A stretch of DNA of 64,000 nucleotides, from assembly GCA_963749655.1 (NCBI GenBank), contig CAVVOB010000016.1, forward strand, positions 1 to 64,000. Reading direction: 5' to 3'. A program made the translations under genes and the position numbers. This DNA comes from Nitrospirota bacterium (GTDB lineage: Bacteria > Nitrospirota > UBA9217). The notes under the pieces are model-generated. The model was not told the DNA's origin. It searched no databases and saw only the letters and a list, made by a program, of their open reading frames with translations. The first letter of the stretch is position 1. Each line of letters begins with the position of its first letter. Below, one piece after another: positions 22,000 through 31,881 of this stretch.

Positions 22000-22458
22000 T
22001 TAAAAATATCCATCCATCAGCCTGTCTACCCAATCCGGCACCGTCGCCATCATAACACGATCATAGACCGGATAGTACGGCTTTACATCGACGACAGGAG
22101 TCCCGTCGATGGCGTCAAGCTCTCTCACTACCAATACTCCGGGTTCGATGCCCACGATGGATACCGCCGTTACACCGAGCGGATTAGGGCGGTCCTTCGC
22201 CCGCTGGGCGAAGATGCCGACTTCTGGCATGGAGGCGAGTCCTCGCGGCCTGCGAATGAGATGTGCGGAAGGTTCGAAACGGGCCTCGTGCAAAAACGTA
22301 ACGATCAATGCGTGTGAGAACTGTTCAATGCCCTGCAATCCCTCACAATACTCCGGAAGCAGAACAATCCGGGACTCGACATCTCCCCACTTTTCATCCG
22401 TCTGCTCCTTGATATGCGATCGGACATATCCGATTACTTTGAGTGCGATCCTATTCAT
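22000..22458 (-). CDS. tsaA: TrmO/TsaA (YaeB)-family tRNA methyltransferase-like protein
   Basis: IGYVRS, GIFAQRAKDRPNPLG, LDAIDGTPVVDVKPY. Confidence 0.9.
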   Translation of the reverse strand: MNRIALKVIGYVRSHIKEQTDEKWGDVESRIVLLPEYCEGLQGIEQFSHALIVTFLHEARFEPSAHLIRRPRGLASMPEVGIFAQRAKDRPNPLGVTAVSIVGIEPGVLVVRELDAIDGTPVVDVKPYYPVYDRVMMATVPDWVDRLMDGYF

Positions 22459-22550
22459 AAATGCTCCTTTGTCTATTCTCCCTCCAGGGCCTGAAACGGC
22501 GAAATCAGCGGCGGCGTTTCATTGAAGTCCGCGGGAGAACAGGAACGGTC

Positions 22551-23654
22551 CTAGTGGTCCGTGATCTGTGTTTGCAGTCCGACGCCCATGTTCTCCATAT
22601 CCCCCAGTAAGCGTCCGGGATCCACAACCTGTCCCATCATTTGGAGCCCTGGTTTACGGATTGAGCCGTCAAAATATTGTTTCAGGCACGCGATCACCGG
22701 AATAACCGTAAAATCGTATGCGCTGTCATGGTCGGCGTGAATTTCAATTGTTCTGTATTGGCCGTTCTTTTCCCCTTCTGCTTGAAGTAAAAAAACGATG
22801 CCCTCTTCTGTTTTGGAAAATCTATTCAATCCCCATATAAGGGACTTTGCCCAGAAATGGCGGAACGATCCTTTTTTGAACATATGGGACAGCATCATGA
22901 GGGGAAACAGAATATAATCGACAAACCAGTTGAATCCCGTGGTATAAACGCCTGTTTCCTTCAATTTGAATAATGCCGGCAGAGCTCGGGTTTCGATCAT
23001 GTCCATGGGCATGCAGTTCCTGACCCCAAACCGATGTCCGAATGCGATCTTGAGCATATCCTTGTATGTTGCGATCCTCCATGTGCCGTCCTTGAAGATG
23101 TCCACCCTGTAATCAGGTATCATATCCACAAGTTCATAGATCGACTCCGGTTTTTCGATCTTTACATTCATCGTAAAGGCAATGATCGCCTTGTCATAGC
23201 GGTCGAAATATTCAGCACCTTTTCGGATAAAAGCGGCAGGCAGTCCGGGATGAAAACCCGCCTGCGTGATAAAACAGCGTCCGGCCTCCCTGATCCGCTC
23301 ACTCAAACGTTCAAGCACGGGATAAACATCCTGCTGAAAATATATATCCAGGTAATCGATTCCCGATTCCAGAGCAGTTTCCGCGATCTGTTTCGCCCAC
23401 CTTGTCGTCGTTGCGGCAACAAGCACGAAATCGATGTTGCGAAAGGCCTTGCGAAGGCTTTTTATATCGCACGCATCTGCACAACGTGCGAAAATCCGAT
23501 CCGACGAAAATTCCTTTCCCAGCTTGACTGCCTGCTCTTCGGCCTTTTTGACGTCCCTTCCGGCCACAATCACGTCCGCTTCGGTCTCTTTGAGCAGATA
23601 CCGGCAGAAAACTTTTCCCGTGCCTCCGTAGCCGCCTAAGACAAGTATCTTCAT
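22551..23654 (-). CDS. Saccharopine dehydrogenase-family NAD(P)-binding protein
   Basis: ILVLGGYGGTG, VAGRD, AGFHPGL. Confidence 0.85.
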   Translation of the reverse strand: MKILVLGGYGGTGKVFCRYLLKETEADVIVAGRDVKKAEEQAVKLGKEFSSDRIFARCADACDIKSLRKAFRNIDFVLVAATTTRWAKQIAETALESGIDYLDIYFQQDVYPVLERLSERIREAGRCFITQAGFHPGLPAAFIRKGAEYFDRYDKAIIAFTMNVKIEKPESIYELVDMIPDYRVDIFKDGTWRIATYKDMLKIAFGHRFGVRNCMPMDMIETRALPALFKLKETGVYTTGFNWFVDYILFPLMMLSHMFKKGSFRHFWAKSLIWGLNRFSKTEEGIVFLLQAEGEKNGQYRTIEIHADHDSAYDFTVIPVIACLKQYFDGSIRKPGLQMMGQVVDPGRLLGDMENMGVGLQTQITDH

Positions 23655-23793
23655 ATAGTCTCCGTCTCACTCGTGGTTTTAGCACGCACCCGGCAATTTG
23701 TCCGGTACGAGCATGCACATCAGCCACAACTGGAAAATCGAAGCTTTGAACCTCATGAAGCTCGTCAGCGCTATAGACTGGTCTTTCCTGCTT

Positions 23794-24531
23794 TCAGAAC
23801 ATCACCTTTAAACGGACATATCCCCATCCGATATGCCAGAGCAGGTAGTAGGCGAATCTGAAAGCGTACATGGACATGAAATCATAGCGTTTGAAAATCA
23901 TCAACTGCAACAGATTGATCAGAAACACATGGAACCCCACATACGCGACTGCCCAAGCGGGGTATTGGTCTCCCATCCATAGTGTCTGATATACGGGCTC
24001 CACCAACGCGACGATGAGGATGCTGATCCAAAGAACATATTCAAATCGCACCTTCCTGAACAATGCCGTCAGCGTAAACAGGAGTACCGTCAGAGGCATT
24101 ACGTGAAAAAGAACTTCGACAAAAAAACCGATCGCAGGGTAAAACAGCAGCGATGCGGGAAACAGGATGTTCGTATCAGCCGGGAGCACGATCTTGAGGT
24201 CGACCAGGATCATTATCATTCCCAGAATCGCAGCAAGACCAAAAGACAGGTATAGCCCTTTCAGACTAACCTTTCTATAGATCGCGAACCAGCCCCGGGA
24301 AAGAAGAAACGTAAGAAGAGTTCCTCCCAGGATAATGATCAGCAGGCCGGCAAGGAAAGGATTTAGCTCACCGATAAACCGCTCAAAAGGCCGATTATCA
24401 GTAAACCGGATCAGGCCGGTCAGTGCGATAACTGCGATGGACAGGCCGAAATAGGCACGATATTGCCGTCGTTCCCGGAAGATAAGCTCTTTTGCATTTG
24501 TCATCACAGCAGTCCTCTGCTTCAACCGCAT
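23794..24531 (-). CDS. Hypothetical membrane protein (possibly CPBP/Abi-like)
   Basis: About seven hydrophobic segments; FFVEVLFH and YYLLWH motifs. Confidence 0.7.
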   Translation of the reverse strand: MRLKQRTAVMTNAKELIFRERRQYRAYFGLSIAVIALTGLIRFTDNRPFERFIGELNPFLAGLLIIILGGTLLTFLLSRGWFAIYRKVSLKGLYLSFGLAAILGMIMILVDLKIVLPADTNILFPASLLFYPAIGFFVEVLFHVMPLTVLLFTLTALFRKVRFEYVLWISILIVALVEPVYQTLWMGDQYPAWAVAYVGFHVFLINLLQLMIFKRYDFMSMYAFRFAYYLLWHIGWGYVRLKVMF

Positions 24532-24625
24532 TCACCTTATCATAAAATCATTCGATCTTAAAGTCACCTCTTTGTGTTTTTTGGCCCCCTTTTTTCTGGA
24601 ATGGGCATCTATGCCGTTCTTATGA

Positions 24626-25510
24626 TCATGTCTTCGGAACCTCCCGCGCCATGAGCCTCGGCAATTCCCAGGGATGCCATTTCAGGTATCCGGCTATCGG
24701 AGGCGGAACAGACGGCTGCGCCAAGGCTTCTTTCCTCGTTCCGGTCCATTCGAAAGGCAAATGTTTTATGCTGCCGGGCGTCTTCATGTCTTCTACGGCT
24801 TCGAGCGCGGCCAGGAGCACCGCCCGCTGCCGGTCCTTGTCTCCGGGTTGCCCCATGATCCGGCCGAAGGGATGCTCTATTGCTGCAAGGCGCGGTACGC
24901 CTACCGCCGATGTCAGTTCCGGTATGATTGTCAATGCGATGGTGGTTATCCCCGCTTGCTCGACCTCTCGCTGCGCCAGTCCGACGGACCAGCAGCAGAC
25001 CGGTCAGGCAGGGATGAATACGGCAATGTCGACCTTGTCCTGCCGGAGATGATTGATGATCGACGGAATGCTTTTCTGCAGCAGATCAGCCGGTTCGAGA
25101 ATATATCCCATGAACGAGTAGTGTGACGATGCCGCTTTGCCGACCTTTCCCATCTCCACCAGCTCGTCCAGCCGTTCCATAGGCAGCAGGCAGTTCATGT
25201 CCTCTTCACCGTGACGCGGATCGATGTGCATATGATACACACGAATGTCCCCGGTTCGCGTTCCGCGGGGAATGATCCGATAGGAGGGATCACCCCACCA
25301 TGGATTCTTTCGCTCCCCTTCCTGGTCAAAGGGGCGGTCGGATTTAAGAGCGATTCCCCCGGTGCTGATCAGCGCCACCTTACAGTCGGACAGGGGTTTG
25401 GACAGCGCCGTCCAGGGGACCGCGCGTGGCGATTCAAGTTTGATCCATGACTTGATCATGTTTTTCGACAGGCCGCTGATGAAGCGATAGGAGTCCACGG
25501 TTTTCGTCAT
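24626..25510 (-). CDS. PrdB/GrdB-like selenoprotein (294 aa, Sec169 in a UPVC motif)
   Basis: KPLSDCKVALISTGG, GDPSYR, HYSFMGY; in-frame TGA at 25004-25006 followed by PVCCWSVGLAQREVEQAGITT, continuing in frame into ORF 24626-24934. Confidence 0.85.
24971..24998 (-). promoter_or_regulatory. Candidate bacterial SECIS hairpin
   Basis: mRNA CUGC-U-GCUGGUCC-GUC-GGACUGGC-GCAG; upper stem starts 10 nt after the UGA and has a G in the loop. Confidence 0.65.
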
Positions 25511-25538
25511 GCTTCGCCTCCTTCTTTTCGACGAACGA

Positions 25539-25996
25539 TCACAGCTCCTCGTGCAGCATCGATCCCGGAGGAAGAACCTCTTCCGCCGCATCAAGCCGGC
25601 ACTCCATCTTTTCGGCGGCGTGCTGAAGCGCTTGAAGTTCGCCCTTGAGCCTTGCGATCTCTGCTGTTCTACGGCATCCGGTAAGGGACCCCACGGGCAG
25701 CCCGACGAACAGGAGGCCTGCTGTGTCCTTGTTCCTGCAACGCCGCTGCGCATCGGATTCGCCGGCCAGCACAGCAGTCAATTGCGCATCCTCCCGGCAA
25801 AGTTGTTCGCAATTCCAGGTCATATAGGGAGCATTGTCCATCTCGACAGGCGCTATCGCCTCCGGAAGTATCGCACAGCCGCCGGTAATAAGCGCCGCAA
25901 GTATCACTAAAATAGAGAAGATCCGCTTGGCGCCTTTGCTTTCTCCGCGAGCTCCGCGTCTCCGCGTGAAAAGAAAGAAAAAGGAATTCGTTTCAT
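25539..25996 (-). CDS. Hypothetical lipoprotein (5' end disturbed by a repeat arm or frameshift)
   Basis: Lipobox LITGGC; conserved-looking Y..W.CEQL and EIARLKGE; ATG at 25996 is out of frame with the body. Confidence 0.6.
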
Positions 25997-26016
25997 CGTT
26001 GATTTCCCTGAACTGT

Positions 26017-26484
26017 CTATTTGCCGCATCGGCACGTTGCTTCGGCATTCTTTGAACCTGCATTCTTTTCCGCCTGCAGGATGTCGAACAGGATACCGGC
26101 GGCAGCGCCGGTCATGTGTTTGCACTTAATGAGATTTTCTTGTTTGCCGAACGCGTCAAGGACGGCTTTGCATTGGGTTGCGTCGAACGCGTCGAGGAAG
26201 CGGTTTCTGAACTCCGTTGCAAGTGCATAGGCCTTCTGCTTATCGGCGCCGGGCTCCGTTCTGCCGAACAGCCAACCCAGCGCGATCATTCCTCCCGTCA
26301 ACGCACCGCAGGTCTCGCATTTGGTCCCGCCGAACCCTCCGCCGAAGGCTGTCGCGACCTTGGAAGTATACCTCTCCTGCTTTGATGCACATGACTCGAC
26401 GATGGCGGTAGAAACAGCTTCTGCGCAGTTGAAGCCTGACTGAAAAAGATCGAACGCCCTTTGTTCCACCTGTTTCCTTTCCAT
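26017..26484 (-). CDS. C_GCAxxG_C_C family putative redox-active protein
   Basis: GFNCAEAV, FGGG, TCGALTGG and two downstream Cys. Confidence 0.9.
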   Translation of the reverse strand: MERKQVEQRAFDLFQSGFNCAEAVSTAIVESCASKQERYTSKVATAFGGGFGGTKCETCGALTGGMIALGWLFGRTEPGADKQKAYALATEFRNRFLDAFDATQCKAVLDAFGKQENLIKCKHMTGAAAGILFDILQAEKNAGSKNAEATCRCGK

Positions 26485-26592
26485 GGTTATCCTCCCTCTC
26501 CGATAATCGGGTCTGTTTTCGTAAAAAAGAATTCATCCGGATACTTTGACCGGAATTTCGATTCCCAATCATCGCGTGCCATACCGGTATTT

Positions 26593-26700
26593 TCAGGAAT
26601 AAAAGAAATAACTGATTTCCGCCAATAGCACTATAAGCGCTACTATGATCTTTACACCTTGCATTGTTCTATCTTCCTCTTGCCCCGTATTGTTCATCAT
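26593..26700 (-). CDS. Putative 35-aa single-pass membrane peptide
   Basis: RBS AGGAGG 8 nt before ATG; MMNNTGQEEDRTMQGVKIIVALIVLLAEISYFFYS*. Confidence 0.45.
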   Translation of the reverse strand: MMNNTGQEEDRTMQGVKIIVALIVLLAEISYFFYS

Positions 26701-26847
26701 TTCAGCCGCCTCCTGTCGGGTCCATCACGAGCAGTACCGTGCCGGCTTGCCATACTGTTTTGATATATGTACAGCCTGCCGAATCGCGGTAAGGTACCGA
26801 TACATGGCTCAAGATTCTCACAAAGGAACACCATTTTCAATCAGGCT

Positions 26848-26879
26848 GCGACGAACGGCGGAATCAGGCGACGAACGGC
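26848..26879. promoter_or_regulatory. Direct repeat GCGACGAACGGC x2 (LytTR-type site candidate)
   Basis: Copies at 26848-26859 and 26868-26879; reverse complement GCCGTTCGTC resembles the AlgR site ACCGTTCGTC. Confidence 0.4.
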
Positions 26880-26935
26880 ATAAAAAAGGGTGCAGTCGCA
26901 CTCGCCGATTCTTTTCGCCCTCCGCGGCGTCTGGT

Positions 26936-27135
26936 AATCCCGCGCCTTGGCATCCCCCGGCTTTTGCCGGGGGTGGAAAGCGCTCACTCGCGCGTGACAC
27001 GAACGTGTCACGCATGCGCGAGTTTGCAGTTCCACCTGGCACTCCGTGCATCCGCACTCGTAAACGCCGGGTGCAGGCGGGAGGTCGCGTCAATTTTGAG
27101 TCCCGACAAGTCGGGATGCCGGAGGGGGCTCCACT
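26936..27135 (+). repeat. Structured dispersed element, copy 1 (200 bp)
   Basis: Near-identical to the reverse complement of 52272-52424, plus an extra internal segment of about 45 nt. Confidence 0.9.
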
Positions 27136-27143
27136 AAGCCGTT

Positions 27144-27980
27144 CTAGTGGAGAACTGTCTTTCTTGCCGACACTTTCAAACTGACAACGGTCTGCCCGAG
27201 TCGTTCCACTTCGTTCGCCGGCACGTTCATTTTTTTGATGAGATCTTTGAGAACAGGCTGTTCCGCGATCAGTTCAGCCGGGAAACGGCTTTCCCCGACG
27301 ACCGACACTTCGTCAAATCCTGCTTGTTTTATGGCGTCGATATACCGTTCTTTAAGCATAGCCCCGCCCACGCACCGGACATACGCTTCGACCGAATTAT
27401 GGACGTACTCCGGAAGGTCTTCAAGAAGGGCCATGTCCGAAACCATGAGCACCCCCCCGGGCTTCAGCACGCGATAGGCTTCCCGGAAGACCCGGGGCTT
27501 GTCCGTTGAAAGGTTGATGACGCAGTTCGAGATGACCACATCGACCGAGGAGCTGTCGACCGGAAGGTTTTCGATCTCTCCCAGACGAAAATCAACGTTG
27601 CGGTAGCTGTTGTTCCATGCGTTCTCTTTCGCCTTGTCTATCATCTCCGGCGTCATATCCACACCGATGACCCGGCCTCTATCGCCCACAATGTTCGCTG
27701 CAAGGAAACAGTCCACCCCCGCTCCGGAACCGAGGTCCAGGACCGTATCGCCCTCCTTGATCGCAGCGAGTGCAACAGGATTGCCGCAGCCGAGCCCGAG
27801 GTTGGCGCCCTCCGGCACCTTCTGGAGTTCATGGTCGGTATATCCTGCCACTTTGCTTGCAGTCTGAATAAACCTGTCATCGAGATAATTCTCTTTCTTT
27901 GAACAGCCGCAGGAACTGCTTTGTCTTGCCGTTGCAGCGAACCGCTCTTTTACCGCGTCTCTGATGCTTTTGATTCCCAT
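27144..27980 (-). CDS. arsM: Arsenite S-adenosylmethionine methyltransferase
   Basis: GANLGLGCGNP, VLDLGSGAGVD, ISNCVINL, CVGGA; N-terminal SSCGC. Confidence 0.92.
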   Translation of the reverse strand: MGIKSIRDAVKERFAATARQSSSCGCSKKENYLDDRFIQTASKVAGYTDHELQKVPEGANLGLGCGNPVALAAIKEGDTVLDLGSGAGVDCFLAANIVGDRGRVIGVDMTPEMIDKAKENAWNNSYRNVDFRLGEIENLPVDSSSVDVVISNCVINLSTDKPRVFREAYRVLKPGGVLMVSDMALLEDLPEYVHNSVEAYVRCVGGAMLKERYIDAIKQAGFDEVSVVGESRFPAELIAEQPVLKDLIKKMNVPANEVERLGQTVVSLKVSARKTVLH

Positions 27981-28001
27981 CTTAGTATCCTCCTTGAATG
28001 G

Positions 28002-28328
28002 TTATTTCCGTTTCTTTGCCCTCAAATTACACTGGTCCCGATCCTGTACGACATGATCAGGAGTTTCTTCGTTTTGCTCTTCCTGTAATTCTACGGCCAT
28101 GCTCGATCCGCAGACACAGACCCGTATTTCGAGATCCTTTGCGAAACGTCTGTTGGTGCGTTCTTCGGTGCCACGGAATACGCCATGAGGCGGAAGAGTC
28201 GTCCATCTCTTTTCATCGTAGAGCGCGCCACAGGAGCACTGTTTCGGGAAGGAGTTTTCTGTCCGCATCTTTTTGGATGCTGCATTTACATTGGCCGCCT
28301 TTTCGGGGTGCGTAATGCTCAATTTCAT
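28002..28328 (-). CDS. Hypothetical protein with two CxC motifs
   Basis: FPKQCSCGALY ... RVCVCGSS; lies between ECF motif copy B and arsM. Confidence 0.55.
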   Translation of the reverse strand: MKLSITHPEKAANVNAASKKMRTENSFPKQCSCGALYDEKRWTTLPPHGVFRGTEERTNRRFAKDLEIRVCVCGSSMAVELQEEQNEETPDHVVQDRDQCNLRAKKRK

Positions 28329-28359
28329 ATATCAGAACCCCACCAGCGTACCGTTATAT

Positions 28360-28389
28360 ATAGACGAAGGAACCACGAAAAAGATACAC
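28360..28389 (-). promoter_or_regulatory. Putative ECF sigma promoter, copy B
   Basis: Minus strand GTGTATC-N16-CGTCTAT. Confidence 0.7.
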
Positions 28390-28424
28390 TCCATCGGATG
28401 AAAATACGCCGAGAAACGATAGGG

Positions 28425-29070
28425 TTACTTATAAGCAACGATCACCTCGGACGGGAACAACCACTGCTGGTGGTATTCCCTCGTTGTTACGGTGAAACCG
28501 TGCTCTTTCAACCGATCCGCGAGCTTCACTCCCCTGCAGCCGCCCATCGTTCTCGGCGAAAATCGGTAAACAAGATCGTATACTTTCGCCCAGATGCTCT
28601 CGCCTTCGGTCATATTAACGAGCACCAGTTTTCCGTTCTTTTTCAGGACGCGCTTGAACTCGTCCAGCACCCTGTCCATGTCTTCATTGGCTATGAGATC
28701 GAACATATAATTGTTCACCAGGGTATCTACTGACCCGGTCGCGGCAGTCAACTCAAACGCTGTTCCCTGGGAAAGCTGGTATTGCGCGTCTGATAGTGTC
28801 GACAGACGCTTCTTTGCCTTTTCCAGCATCCCGCTGGAAAGATCGATGCCGATGATTCGTTCCTTGGGGATTCCGCTTTACGATCTCGTAAAATGCCAGG
28901 CCTGTACCGACCGCCACCTCGAGGATATTCTGTCCGTTTGTGATGCCGGCCAGTTCGATCGCCCGCGCCCTGGCACGCGACTCGGTCAACAGGCCCCATA
29001 CATCGTAGAGGCGGGCCAGTTTGTCGTATACAGCACCGATTTCTTTTTGCGATACTTTTGCATCCAGCGC
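28425..29070 (-). CDS. Class I SAM-dependent methyltransferase, frameshifted; start uncertain
   Basis: YDKLARLYDVW, ILEVAVGTG, NNYMFDL, RVLKKNG. Confidence 0.8.
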
Positions 29071-29194
29071 ACTCCGCGATATCTGAAGAATGCCCGTTCC
29101 CGAACGTAATGCCGCAGCAACCCAAAATTCTCGTCATGATCTTCCTCCTTTAAGGTATAACACGATGATTATGAACATCTTCATTTACAAAGCA

Positions 29195-29292
29195 GTCTCG
29201 CGCAAAGCCGCAAAGACGCGAAAAAACGCTTTAAAACTTAATCATGATTCAAGGGTTGGAATTTCTTTGCGCCTTTGCGTCTTGGCGCGAAA
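29195..29292. repeat. Palindromic element (CGCAAAG family)
   Basis: GTCTCGCGCAAAGCCGCAAAGACGC ... TTTGCGCCTTTGCGTCTTGGCGCGAAA. Confidence 0.75.
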
Positions 29293-29330
29293 ATCTTATT
29301 TGAGACTTTGCATTGTTATTCTCGATCGAT

Positions 29331-31697
29331 CTATTCATAGGCCAGCGCCTCGCGCGTGGACACGGACACCGCCCGCTGCGCAGGGACCCTGCTTGCAAGC
29401 CACCCGAAGGCAAGGGCGACGGCCACGGTGATCCAGAATCCTGTGGGGCTGAAGGCGAAGCGAAGCACAGAGCCTTTGCCGAGCATCAAAGTGCCGAAGA
29501 AGGATGAGGCAACGATGCTGAGCGGCCACGACAGCAGCAATCCCAGTACGATGCCTGCAGAGCTGGTTATCATGCCTTCCATGGTGAACAGCCTGAAGAT
29601 CCTGTCCGGCGTCGCGCCGATCGCGCGCAGCACTCCGATCTCACGGGTCCTTTCCATGATATTGATCCCGGTTGCAGAAGCCATCCCCATGGCGCTGACC
29701 ACAAGGACCAGGAATGAAATGAACACGATGGTCGAGAGAATGATGTTCAAATGGTCGTAAATGATCCTGGTGCGCTCGGCCTGAGACATGACGTAGAGCA
29801 CGTTCAGATCGGAGCCTACGATCGCCTTCTCGATCTCCTTCTTGAGCGTAATGACCTTGTCGTACCTCTTGTCCTTTGCCACGAACATCAGGCTGTTTAC
29901 CTTGTGCTCCCGATTGACGGCTGCGTCATAGACTTCCCGGTCCAGGTAGATCTTCGGCTTCTCGAATTCTTCGACAACGCCGACGAGCCTGACCGTGAGT
30001 TGTTTGCCGCCCACGACAAGCACCTGGGTAGAGCCGATCGCGGGGTTCCCGTAGATCTCCATTGCCTGCTGGTTCATCACCACTTCCGGTCCTGCCGAAT
30101 GTCTGAGCCACCGGCCGTACACTACCCGAAGCTTGAACAGATCGGTGTCCGGAGGAAGGGCGACGATGCCGATCCCGTCATTGGTCGCGATCGTCTTGCT
30201 CTCCATCTCGCCCCTGCCGCCGTTCCAGGCCTCGATGCGGGCTACGTTGGGAACAGACCGAAATACCGCCAGGGCCTGCTCTTTCGGGATCTGGTCCCGC
30301 AGGACCACCTGCACGTCGTGCTTCATGCCGTTTCGGACATCGGCAAGGAGCAGCGCGAGCGACTGCCGCACGTTGAATCCTGTGCTGAAAATGGCTACAC
30401 CCAGCGCCATGGTAAGGACCGTGATCGCCAGCCGCTTCTTCCTCCGGAGCGTGTTTCTGAAAGCCAGCACCATTTCGTTGGGCAACAACCGGGCGACTTC
30501 GGCCGCTCTGGCTCCCGACTTGTCCTGCCTGATGCCGTAGTCGGCCAATGCATCGTAGACCGACACCCTGATCCCTTTCACGAGTGCCGGCAGTGACAGC
30601 GCAAAGGGCATCACCAGGGCCGCCGCCCCCAGGGAGAGATAGATGCCTGTCGGCAGGCCGGTCGTCAGAATGTCGAAGTTGATCTTCGTGGACACGAAGC
30701 GCGCATAGGCCCTGCCCGACGATATCGCCAGGGGGATCGCGATCAGCCCCGCCGCTGCGGCGAGCAGCAGGATCATGAAACCGTAGATCGCGAAGATCCC
30801 GGTCCGGGAAGCGCCGATCGCCTTGAGGATCCCGATCTGGCGCACCTGTTTTGCCAGGATGGCGTCCATGAGCTGCGATACCAGGACCGCTGCCATGAAA
30901 AAGGCGAGGAAGCTGATACTCCCCTGCAGGAACAGCAGGGTATTCAGCTGCCACTGGTGAGGATGCTCGTTCAGTTTGGGCACCTCCCTGGTGTGTACGG
31001 TGATGCCGGAGGCTTTAAGATCGTTGATGATCCGGTCGGCTGCGGTCTTTACGTCCTCCGTGGTCCGGACATTCCTGAGGCGAATGATCAGCCGCTGATC
31101 GACCGGCAATCCGGTAAGGCCGGCATACGTTTTTTTATCGGCATACCCGTAGATAAAGTGGTCCTGCGTGGCTGGGGCCTGCCCCGGATCGAAAATAATG
31201 CCGCTGATCGGGACCCGCAGGGTTTTCGCGCCGCTGCGCACCCGCGCAAGCGACCCCAACCTCAGATCGGAGATCAGCCTGCCGTCGCGTTCCATAACGA
31301 TCGATCCCGGCGCCGGTTTCTTCGGCCCTGTCTGATCGAAAATTCGCGCGACCTTGACACGATCGAAATCCTCGACGCCGAAGAGCCACAGCGGTATCCA
31401 GACGTCGGGATGCACTTCGATCCGCAGGAACGTGAAGTCCCGGAACTCGGCGCTTTCGATGTCAGGCCTGGCGCGGAAGGCCGCAAGGTCCAGGCGGCTG
31501 AAATCCTCCGACCGGAGAACGGCATGCGGGGGGGCTGTCCGCAGAAAGTTCTCGTTCAGATCATGGGTCAGGATCGTGTACGATACCGCGATGGACCCGA
31601 CGCCCCACAGACCGATCACCAGAGCGAGGATCACGAGCAGGGTTCGTCCCGGATTGATCCGGAGATCGTTCAGCGCTTTTTTCATTTTGATGTTCAT
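29331..31697 (-). CDS. ABC exporter permease, duplicated FtsX/MacB-type
   Basis: RQIGILKAIGA and ERTREIGVLRAIGA motifs; ends REALAYE. Confidence 0.93.
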   Translation of the reverse strand: MNIKMKKALNDLRINPGRTLLVILALVIGLWGVGSIAVSYTILTHDLNENFLRTAPPHAVLRSEDFSRLDLAAFRARPDIESAEFRDFTFLRIEVHPDVWIPLWLFGVEDFDRVKVARIFDQTGPKKPAPGSIVMERDGRLISDLRLGSLARVRSGAKTLRVPISGIIFDPGQAPATQDHFIYGYADKKTYAGLTGLPVDQRLIIRLRNVRTTEDVKTAADRIINDLKASGITVHTREVPKLNEHPHQWQLNTLLFLQGSISFLAFFMAAVLVSQLMDAILAKQVRQIGILKAIGASRTGIFAIYGFMILLLAAAAGLIAIPLAISSGRAYARFVSTKINFDILTTGLPTGIYLSLGAAALVMPFALSLPALVKGIRVSVYDALADYGIRQDKSGARAAEVARLLPNEMVLAFRNTLRRKKRLAITVLTMALGVAIFSTGFNVRQSLALLLADVRNGMKHDVQVVLRDQIPKEQALAVFRSVPNVARIEAWNGGRGEMESKTIATNDGIGIVALPPDTDLFKLRVVYGRWLRHSAGPEVVMNQQAMEIYGNPAIGSTQVLVVGGKQLTVRLVGVVEEFEKPKIYLDREVYDAAVNREHKVNSLMFVAKDKRYDKVITLKKEIEKAIVGSDLNVLYVMSQAERTRIIYDHLNIILSTIVFISFLVLVVSAMGMASATGINIMERTREIGVLRAIGATPDRIFRLFTMEGMITSSAGIVLGLLLSWPLSIVASSFFGTLMLGKGSVLRFAFSPTGFWITVAVALAFGWLASRVPAQRAVSVSTREALAYE

Positions 31698-31770
31698 GAA
31701 ATGACTCCTTCCAATCCAAATCACCAATCCAAATAAGAACTCACAAAATAAGAACGCACAAAATTCAACA

Positions 31771-31860
31771 TTGAACCGTCAGGGCGCGAAGGTCGCGAGA
31801 AATGCTCAGGAAGTGTAACGGTTAAGGTTTCCTAGCGTCCCTGGCGCCCTCGCGGTGAAA
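31771..31860. repeat. Palindromic element (CGCGAAGG family)
   Basis: Arms related to 16471-16591; lies inside the ABC operon. Confidence 0.65.
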
Positions 31861-31881
31861 TGTCATTTTTTGTGAAGTCAT

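Noticed and set aside
26565-26582. Minus-strand TGGCACG upstream of the C_GCAxxG_C_C gene as a sigma54 promoter
   Set aside because: No GC at the -12 position with correct spacing.
29070-29137. ATG 29137 with strong RBS reading MTRILGCCGITF as the methyltransferase start
   Set aside because: Out of frame with the methyltransferase body; may be a remnant of a separate Cys-rich gene but is too short to call.
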